A DNA stretch of 64,000 nucleotides from an uncultured virus (IMG/VR IMGVR_UViG_3300008624_000520). Lineage: Duplodnaviria > Heunggongvirae > Uroviricota > Caudoviricetes. The notes under the pieces were generated by a model. The model was not told where the DNA came from. It did not search any database and saw nothing but the letters and a program-made list of their open reading frames with translations. Of the stretch, positions 57,486 to 64,000 are shown piece after piece (the stretch's first letter is position 1; every line of letters starts with the position of its first letter). The DNA is taken from positions 1-64,000 of IMG/VR virus record IMGVR_UViG_3300008624_000520. One strand, written 5' to 3'. The translations under genes were made by a program, and so were the position numbers.

Positions 57486-57938
57486 CTAATCTTCTTTAAA
57501 AAAGGTACGATTAATTAAATGTTCTTCTGCTATTTCTTGTTTTGAACGTCCATGATATTTGACTGCATGATGTGTCTCAATCATATACTCATTTACGTTA
57601 TGCCTATATTTAATAGGTTCAACCGGCGCACCATTAGCATCTGTTCCGCCTTCTGTTTCTTTTATAGTAATAAACTCACCGAGGATTCTTCCATATTTAC
57701 CTTTTCCATCAAGCCTCGTTTTGAGTATAGCTCCATTCTTGAGTTGGTCTTTAAGGAATTCTTTAGCCATGAGTCCGAACTTTTTCTCGTCGAGGTCACG
57801 GGTCCTACTCTCGGGAGTATCAATCCCATACAAACGTACTCTCTGCTTTTTGAGCCAGACACCGAAACCGAGGTCGATATCAACATCTACTGTATCTCCG
57901 TCTACTACTCTTACAATTTTACTTCTATATTCGTACAC
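57486..57938 (-). CDS. Thermonuclease (SNase-like) family protein
   Basis: VVDGDT, RLYGIDTPE and GKYGRILG. Confidence 0.9.
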   Translation of the reverse strand: MYEYRSKIVRVVDGDTVDVDIDLGFGVWLKKQRVRLYGIDTPESRTRDLDEKKFGLMAKEFLKDQLKNGAILKTRLDGKGKYGRILGEFITIKETEGGTDANGAPVEPIKYRHNVNEYMIETHHAVKYHGRSKQEIAEEHLINRTFFKED

Positions 57939-58277
57939 TTAATTCTTAGTTATTTCGTTTAGTACCTTTTTATTTATAAAGTCTGGTTGTATAAGACCAG
58001 ATCCAAACTTAGAATTATAAGCATTTAATAAATTTTTATCAGGATCGTAAACTGAAATTATATGATTAGGAAATATAGGAACTTTGTGCTGTTTTGCAAA
58101 GGGAGCGTAAGGAGCTAGGCCTACACCAAACTCATCTTCACTACCTGGTTTAGGCATCATTAGGATAACTGCTGGTTTCTCTACAAGTAAAAATGCTTTA
58201 CCATCTATTTCTGTATCTGAAACCTGCCCTATAATGTCCTCACCTGAGGTTAGTTTAATAATCTGAACGTTTGCCAT
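57939..58277 (-). CDS. Conserved T4-like hypothetical protein
   Basis: IIKLTSGEDII...Y..KFGSGLI; RBS aggag. Confidence 0.7.
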   Translation of the reverse strand: MANVQIIKLTSGEDIIGQVSDTEIDGKAFLLVEKPAVILMMPKPGSEDEFGVGLAPYAPFAKQHKVPIFPNHIISVYDPDKNLLNAYNSKFGSGLIQPDFINKKVLNEITKN

Positions 58278-58292
58278 GCTCCTTCTCCTGCA

Positions 58293-58751
58293 TTATTTAG
58301 TTTTTATTTCAATTGATTTAGGCTTTTTGGCCTCTGGTATTTCATTTACCAAAGATACTGTCAAAACCCCGTCTTTTAACTTGGCACCTTTTACTACTAC
58401 GGTGTCAGCCAAAGACCAGGAGCGCGTGAATTTACGTTCAGCTATTCCTTTGTGTATAAAGTTGTCAGGTGTGCCGTCTATGCAGCCCTGAAGTTGATCT
58501 CCCTTAATAGTAAGTGTTCCATCCTCTACTGTAACATCTAGATCTTCTTCTTTGAAACCAGCAAGTGCTAGTTGTATTTCAAATTTCTCGTCATCTATTT
58601 TTTGAATGTTAAAAGGTGGAAAGTTATTATTTACCGGCTCAAAGTCCTTTTGAAGTAAATCAAAGACTCTGTTGAATCCGATAAATTGTCTTTCTATTTG
58701 TGGGAAGGTGTGGACGAAATTGTCCCAATTCGCTGTGGTTAGTTTTACCAT
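58293..58751 (-). CDS. hsp20: Small heat shock protein (Hsp20/IbpA family)
   Basis: FPPFNI, LALAGF, HKGIAERKFTRSW.LA and GA.LKDGVL. Confidence 0.93.
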   Translation of the reverse strand: MVKLTTANWDNFVHTFPQIERQFIGFNRVFDLLQKDFEPVNNNFPPFNIQKIDDEKFEIQLALAGFKEEDLDVTVEDGTLTIKGDQLQGCIDGTPDNFIHKGIAERKFTRSWSLADTVVVKGAKLKDGVLTVSLVNEIPEAKKPKSIEIKTK

Positions 58752-58956
58752 TGTTTTCTCCTTATTAAGCGAGTTAAAAAATGGACACCCTTTCGGCGTG
58801 TCCTCTTAGGATGATCAGGGGGTGCAGTTTCAAAGTCTTTAGCGTTAAAACTAATTCATCTTCAGTTTTCCCCCCATCACAAACTGCTGGTCTCATTTCA
58901 ATCCATCCAGTAGCGCCTGTTTAACCAAGCATTCCTGCGTTGTTTTTCGACTTCGC
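58752..58956 (-). promoter_or_regulatory. Structured hsp20 5' leader with a ROSE-like RNA thermometer
   Basis: CUCGCUU-AAU-AAGGAG hairpin (UCGCU opposite the SD) preceded by GGACAC(G)CC-GAAA-GGGUGUCC. Confidence 0.6.
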
Positions 58957-58960
58957 ATTT

Positions 58961-59629
58961 TTATTTATACGCAGAAGAATTTCTAGACACCATTTTATCC
59001 CTAATTTGGTCCTCTATGGGTAAATTTCTGAACCATAAGTTCATTGCGTACTTCTCTCCTGCTAATACCGGTTGTGCTTGATGCATTGTTTTAGGATCAG
59101 GAACCTGTGTTCCTATGACTGTATTGCTAAATACCACACATCTACCTGCTTTGGGTTTGACCCCCTTACCTAACTCTGTAAATACTGTGGCACCACCATC
59201 TGTCACATCATTACAATATAAAAGAACCGTTGCTACTCTATTTCCTTTTGTTCCATGTGGTCCTGTGTGGGCTCGTTCTGTATTTATAGGAAAAGCATCT
59301 AAGTGGGCATCATATTCCTCTCCTAATTCGTAATGTAATGCTTGCACATTTTCTGCTTGTGTGTGATGTAATTGTGTTAATTGAGATGCTCTCAATAAAA
59401 AGTGAACGGCTGTTACGCTTTTCCTATAATCCAACCAGCCCATTTGATTTGTTCTTGCATAATGTTCGTAATCATCACCTTCCTTTCCTTGTGTGACTCT
59501 GCCACGAGTCCATTCAACATTATCTTCCATATCTTTTATCAGTTGCTTACATTCAGGCTTACTCATAAAATTATCCCAAACCATAATCGTTGGGTTGAAT
59601 AAACTAATTACCTGTTTTAATTCTGCCAT
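58961..59629 (-). CDS. 2OG-Fe(II) oxygenase, prolyl-4-hydroxylase-like
   Basis: HLD, RVATVLLYCNDV..GGATVF and H.AQPV..GEKYAMNLW. Confidence 0.88.
   Translation of the reverse strand: MAELKQVISLFNPTIMVWDNFMSKPECKQLIKDMEDNVEWTRGRVTQGKEGDDYEHYARTNQMGWLDYRKSVTAVHFLLRASQLTQLHHTQAENVQALHYELGEEYDAHLDAFPINTERAHTGPHGTKGNRVATVLLYCNDVTDGGATVFTELGKGVKPKAGRCVVFSNTVIGTQVPDPKTMHQAQPVLAGEKYAMNLWFRNLPIEDQIRDKMVSRNSSAYK
58962..58969 (-). promoter_or_regulatory. T4 late promoter TATAAATA upstream of the hsp20 leader
   Basis: Exact consensus. Confidence 0.6.
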
Positions 59630-60917
59630 AAAATCCACCTAGTTCAGGAAAGGTTTTTATAAAATCTGTTCCCCTTCTCCTGTCATGTTCATCTACAAAG
59701 CTAACAAAATCGTTTCTTTGTACTTCTAATTCTTTTCCTTTAAATCTATTTGCTTTAATCCAATCAACTGTTCTTTTAAATTTCATTATTTCATAAGTTT
59801 GATATATATGATCGAAGTCTCGCATAGTTTCTAAACTATTGTCTAACATACTTATAACATTATCGTCTGCAATCCTAGCAGTTAGGTGTAATGGTTCAAC
59901 CATATTAGGCATATCTACTGTAATTAAATCACCATAAGTATTTTTCAATTCTGCTACTTTAAATATGAACTCATCAAAGTTAGGAATAGATAAGAAACAA
60001 AAAGTACACATGATTCCTACAGGTATGCCTGCTGCTAAAACTCTATGTAGGTTCTGTTCAAACCTATTCATTTTTAAACCATTCCTTATATACTCTGCTT
60101 GGTCGCCCCAGCTGTCTATACTGACATAACATTTTTGGCCAGGCAAATCTGCAACTAACCTGATGTATTCTAAAACTCTCCTTTCAGTCACCATCAAATT
60201 TGTGCTTATTTCGAAAGATAAGTTCTCTTTAGGATGCTCTTTAACATACTCCAATAGCTTAAACGTATTATTGTCTAATAAGGGTTCTCCACCCGTCAAG
60301 CGTATAGTATTTAGGTGTGGATATGCCTCAGGCAACCACTTCCAAAACTTCTTAACGTCGGGGTTCTGTGAGGGTGCTAGAATGTCATTTCTTGTTTGAT
60401 ACTTATCGTGATTTGGCTTGCTTTTTAAGTCATATGTTCCATACTTGTCTAACTCCTTTTGCCATGTAGAACTCTTTCCTGCCCCACAATAACTACATGA
60501 CATTTGACATTTATTAGTGAAACTAACCGTCAAATACCTTGGCCATACATCTTCCTCAGGAGGAATTGATGCTGTTTTTGCTATTAAGTCTGGATCGTCT
60601 TTTAAAAACTGTACAGCGAGCATTTGTCTGTCGCTAAAGTTTCCTGTTTTTTCTATATTATAACAATAAGCGTCTTCTGCGGGTTTACCGCCTTCTAACA
60701 TTTCTTGTCTTACTGCTTTGGTATAGGGTGTGTTGTGTAGATCGCTTTGTGAAGGGATTTTATGTTGGGGACAATGATAGCATGAATGCTTTAGTCCTTC
60801 TGCTAAACTCAATTCCAAATAATACCACTTTAATAAACAGAATCCTGGACCTATCTCGTCCAAATCATTTTTTATTTTACTTAACCAGTATTCCTGATTA
60901 TTTAATTTTCTTGCCAA
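59604..60917 (-). CDS. Radical SAM protein with an N-terminal Cys-rich (twitch-like) domain
   Basis: NKCQMSCSYC, TGGEPLL, STN and VSID. Confidence 0.85.
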   Translation of the reverse strand: MARKLNNQEYWLSKIKNDLDEIGPGFCLLKWYYLELSLAEGLKHSCYHCPQHKIPSQSDLHNTPYTKAVRQEMLEGGKPAEDAYCYNIEKTGNFSDRQMLAVQFLKDDPDLIAKTASIPPEEDVWPRYLTVSFTNKCQMSCSYCGAGKSSTWQKELDKYGTYDLKSKPNHDKYQTRNDILAPSQNPDVKKFWKWLPEAYPHLNTIRLTGGEPLLDNNTFKLLEYVKEHPKENLSFEISTNLMVTERRVLEYIRLVADLPGQKCYVSIDSWGDQAEYIRNGLKMNRFEQNLHRVLAAGIPVGIMCTFCFLSIPNFDEFIFKVAELKNTYGDLITVDMPNMVEPLHLTARIADDNVISMLDNSLETMRDFDHIYQTYEIMKFKRTVDWIKANRFKGKELEVQRNDFVSFVDEHDRRRGTDFIKTFPELGGFYGRIKTGN

Positions 60918-61323
60918 TGTTGTATTTGGGGATCAATTCCCACTCACCTTTTTCTTTAAATGATATAATTTTTATCTGACTTAAAGGTGCAAATTCCTTT
61001 GGCTCTGTTATTAAAACTACTAAATCCCAATCGGATAGTAATTTAGCTATGGTGTTTCGTCTCTCTAAGTCGTTGTCTTGGAAGTCTGCCTCCTTGCCAT
61101 CTAATGCAAACAATTCTTTAAAATGTGTTATAAAGTATCTGCCTTTCTTATGTAATATATGGCACGACTGATAAAGGACTTTTTCTTTTTTCGAAGCAAC
61201 ACCTATTCGAGATAGGGTTTCCCTGACTTTCAGGAAATCTTCGGGGTCCTTCAAAGAAACTTCTAAGGGTGAATACCCAGGATAGTCAATGTTGAAGTAA
61301 TTGTCTTGATCACTCATTCTCAA
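60898..61323 (-). CDS. regA: Translational repressor RegA
   Basis: DFLKVRETLSRIGVAS, LYQSCHILHKKGRYFITHFKELFALDG and W.LIPKYNIG. Confidence 0.95.
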   Translation of the reverse strand: MRMSDQDNYFNIDYPGYSPLEVSLKDPEDFLKVRETLSRIGVASKKEKVLYQSCHILHKKGRYFITHFKELFALDGKEADFQDNDLERRNTIAKLLSDWDLVVLITEPKEFAPLSQIKIISFKEKGEWELIPKYNIGKKIK

Positions 61324-61363
61324 TACGCCTTTCGTGTATCATATAAATTATTAGGTTACCAAT

Positions 61364-61371
61364 TATTTATA
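61364..61371 (-). promoter_or_regulatory. TATAAATA late-type promoter upstream of regA
   Basis: Exact consensus overlapping the gp62 stop. Confidence 0.5.
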
Positions 61372-61831
61372 CTTTACCGCCTTTAGACGTATTAAGGTAT
61401 AGTTTTATAACATCAATATCAGTGTCTGATAAAAGTCTTAAAGCTTCTTTTGCTTTATTAAAACTATATCCAAAAAAGCGCTGTATCGCGTCAATGTTCT
61501 CCTCTTCAGATTTTAACCACTTATTATATCTTTTTGCTTTTCGTACTACTTCTCTTAAGAAATCGTACTGCAATTTTTTATCTAGATGAGATCTAGAATT
61601 CATTTCATTGCCTGCAATAACTGTATCAGGCCCCATTCCCATAGCTCTATTTACAATAAAAGCATTATATTCATTCTCAGTTCTCTCATCAACTATTAAA
61701 TCTTCTTTACTAAAATTAATGGAATTCACAAAGTCAAAAGGAGAAATCTTCTTCAATTTCTCCTGGAATTGATCTTCAACGATCTCCTCTACGGGATCGC
61801 CAAACCCTTCTAATATTGCTTTATCAACCAT
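61367..61831 (-). CDS. gp62: Clamp loader small subunit (T4 gp62)
   Basis: PFDFVNSIN, YNAFIVNR, QYDFL and GYS..KAKEAL. Confidence 0.9.
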   Translation of the reverse strand: MVDKAILEGFGDPVEEIVEDQFQEKLKKISPFDFVNSINFSKEDLIVDERTENEYNAFIVNRAMGMGPDTVIAGNEMNSRSHLDKKLQYDFLREVVRKAKRYNKWLKSEEENIDAIQRFFGYSFNKAKEALRLLSDTDIDVIKLYLNTSKGGKV

Positions 61832-61904
61832 ACTACTAATTTATAAGTGAAATAAGCTAATCCACCTATAAAAAACCAAATTGTAAAATTATAAAAAAAT
61901 TCCA

Positions 61905-62084
61905 TTAATCAAATAAAGTTTCTGCTCTACAGACATTATTCCTTCTGCAAATTTCTAAATTGTGTTGAAATACTACTGGCTCAACCCACTCAAAACGGGG
62001 CATACCTTCTTCGTACCAATAAGGAACATAATCTGTCGTACTACACCCTACTAGGAATGTTATCATTAGCAAATATCTAGTCAT
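61905..62084 (-). CDS. 59-aa lipoprotein (MTRYLLMITFLVGC...)
   Basis: Translated by hand; LVGC lipobox. Confidence 0.6.
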   Translation of the reverse strand: MTRYLLMITFLVGCSTTDYVPYWYEEGMPRFEWVEPVVFQHNLEICRRNNVCRAETLFD

Positions 62085-62102
62085 TTTGTTTCTCTCTTTC
62101 CT

Positions 62103-62276
62103 CTAATTAAATCCAAAATCATTCTCTTTACTCTCTCTGTAACTTTCGAGCAAAAGCTCTGTTATAGAAATTTTACGTTTTTTGGCTTCTGCCTTTAATT
62201 CCTTTTTTAACTCCTCAGGAACACGAATGTCTATTCTGGCAGTTGCCTTTCCTGCTTCATTATAATCTTTTGTCAT
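62103..62276 (-). CDS. Ribbon-helix-helix (Arc/CopG-like) DNA-binding protein
   Basis: RIDIRVPEELKKELKAEAKKRKISITELL; ATGA overlap with gp44. Confidence 0.7.
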   Translation of the reverse strand: MTKDYNEAGKATARIDIRVPEELKKELKAEAKKRKISITELLLESYRESKENDFGFN

Positions 62277-63217
62277 GCAAACTCCACATTTGCCATAATT
62301 TCTGTCAAACATGCAGTAAGGTTAATTTCCTGATCTGCCACAAATGCCGCTTTATACTGATAATCGGCTATTAACAGAACTAGCTGTGGAATTGACTTAA
62401 TCTCAGGTAATAGAATATCATATATCTGTCTAAATATACCCTGAGGGTCAGTATCCACATTATTGGCTACCCACTGCCTCATCTTCTTCCAATTCTTCTC
62501 CCTTAGGCTCTCTATGAGCTGCTTAGCGTTGATTTCTTGGAAGTTACTTAATACACCCTCATCTATTTTTCCTGCTACGGAGTACCTTTGTAGCTCATTT
62601 ATGACCCTTCTATAGTCAGGAAAATACTTCATTAGGAGCTCCGCTAACACTTTCTCAGAGTAGTCTATTCCTTCATTACTAAGGATATACTGCATCCTTT
62701 GTAAGAACTTAGCAGCGAGCTGAGGACGATCTGAGGGTGCTATCTTAAAGTCCACTACCGTTGTTCTACTATGTAACGGTGTTATAATCCTATTTATATA
62801 GTTACAAGTAAATATGAACCTACAATTCGACGAAAACGTTTCTATAAACGCCCGTAATGCTGGTTGAACACTCTCTCTGTTCAAATAGTCAGCCTCATCA
62901 AGTATAACTACCTTGGTTTTACCCTCAAAGGATACTGCTGATGCAAAGTTGCGTATCTTAGTTCTAAGTGTATCTATTTGTCTACCCTCATCACTACCAT
63001 TAATAATAATGTAGTCACATCCTAGTTCTTCACATAATGCACGCGCGAGGGTTGTTTTGCCTGTACCTGCTGATCCAGACAATAGTAAGTTAGGTATCTC
63101 CTTTTTAGTAATAAACTGCTGAAATGTAGTTTTTACTTCATCAGGCAATATACAGTCCTCTATACTATGTGGACGATATTTTTCTACCCATAAAAATTGT
63201 TGTGGTTCCATATTCAT
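62273..63217 (-). CDS. gp44: Clamp loader large subunit (T4 gp44)
   Basis: WVEKYRP, GSAGTGKT, INGSDE, ILDEAD and PLHSR. Confidence 0.96.
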   Translation of the reverse strand: MNMEPQQFLWVEKYRPHSIEDCILPDEVKTTFQQFITKKEIPNLLLSGSAGTGKTTLARALCEELGCDYIIINGSDEGRQIDTLRTKIRNFASAVSFEGKTKVVILDEADYLNRESVQPALRAFIETFSSNCRFIFTCNYINRIITPLHSRTTVVDFKIAPSDRPQLAAKFLQRMQYILSNEGIDYSEKVLAELLMKYFPDYRRVINELQRYSVAGKIDEGVLSNFQEINAKQLIESLREKNWKKMRQWVANNVDTDPQGIFRQIYDILLPEIKSIPQLVLLIADYQYKAAFVADQEINLTACLTEIMANVEFA

Positions 63218-63276
63218 TTTATCAGAAACTTTTTTTGCTCCAAAATATCTTCGATTTTTTTCCGTCGAAAAAAGGT

Positions 63277-63897
63277 CTAGCCAAATTTCTCCTTTACAGA
63301 AGTCGAATCTGAAAAGTTCAACTCTATATTAGTACCGACACTATCATACTCGTCAGACATTACTGCTACTTCTGTAGCTGCCTCTTGTACATGTTGCATT
63401 ACATTTTCAGGTGTACTTATGTCGTAAGGATCGTCTTCAGCATTGTCTTGGAAACCTTCTTCAACAAATGACTTAACTATTGTTCCGTCAGTTACTATTG
63501 CTGCATATCTCCAGGACCTCATTCCAAATCCTAAATTATCTTTTCGGACATCCATGCCCATCTTAATTGTAAACTCACCACTACCATCAGGTATCAGTTT
63601 AACATTTACAATTTCCTGTTTCTCTTTCCACTCTTCCATAACGAATGTATCATTAACACTAACACAATAGATATCATCTATGCCTAGTTCTCTAAACTCA
63701 GAATATAGCTCTTCAAATCCAGGAAGTTGTTGTCCTGAACATGTAGGAGTAAATGCTCCTGGCAAACCAAAAACTATTACTGTCTTATCTTTAAACAGAT
63801 CATCTGTTGTTAATGTAGTCCATTTAAAACCCTCTGTTGCGTGGGTTATTCTTCTATGGAATGTTGCTTGTGGAATTTCTTCTGGCAATCTACTCAT
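63277..63897 (-). CDS. Peroxiredoxin (PRX5-like)
   Basis: LPGAFTPTCS, SVNDTFVM and GFGMRSWRYA. Confidence 0.92.
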   Translation of the reverse strand: MSRLPEEIPQATFHRRITHATEGFKWTTLTTDDLFKDKTVIVFGLPGAFTPTCSGQQLPGFEELYSEFRELGIDDIYCVSVNDTFVMEEWKEKQEIVNVKLIPDGSGEFTIKMGMDVRKDNLGFGMRSWRYAAIVTDGTIVKSFVEEGFQDNAEDDPYDISTPENVMQHVQEAATEVAVMSDEYDSVGTNIELNFSDSTSVKEKFG

Positions 63898-64000
63898 TTA
63901 TCCATCTCCGATTGATTAAATATATCTAAATCACCCTTCATTACTTTCCTAACAAGTGATATTGCTGGATTTGGACGAGTAAATATATACTCTATGGTTT

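Noticed and set aside
1..64000. CRISPR array, integrase or IS element
   Set aside because: No regularly spaced repeat-spacer array or transposase/integrase motifs; the repeats at 3-917 are in-frame coding repeats.
63894..64000. Partial ORF at the right edge as gp45 sliding clamp
   Set aside because: Only about 34 codons are visible and they show no recognisable clamp motif.

Overview
A 64-kb segment of an AT-rich T4-like (Tevenvirinae/Kyanoviridae-like) myophage genome. The host is probably a Gram-negative marine bacterium, inferred from a spanin-like pair, lipoproteins, Hsp20 and peroxiredoxin; no photosynthesis genes are seen. Most genes lie on the minus strand. The T4 replication core is present: gp44, gp62, regA, gp43, uvsX, gp41, gp61, nrdA, nrdB and rnh. 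Late/head-associated genes and one tRNA-Thr(UGU) are also present. Many accessory enzymes are interspersed: NadE, 2 nucleotide-sugar dehydrogenases, 3 HxGH-type nucleotidyltransferases, 4 radical SAM enzymes (2 B12-type), a QueC-like PP-loop ATPase, sulfotransferase-like proteins, 2OG-Fe(II) oxygenases, a methyltransferase, a glycosyltransferase, SGNH-like proteins, a lipase and an FG-GAP lipoprotein. Signals not in the ORF track: (1) a 16-aa six-cysteine micropeptide with a strong RBS inside a late operon; (2) a ROSE-like RNA thermometer before hsp20; (3) a C5A9 slippery site joining two ORFs into a ~1005-aa head polyprotein; (4) late promoters exactly 5 nt before ATGs, suggesting leaderless mRNAs; (5) a sigma70 promoter family with a conserved GGT(T/C)C spacer box; (6) a GC-rich non-coding origin-like region; (7) many translationally coupled transmembrane micro-ORFs. 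All function calls come from motif recognition by eye; no database search was run.
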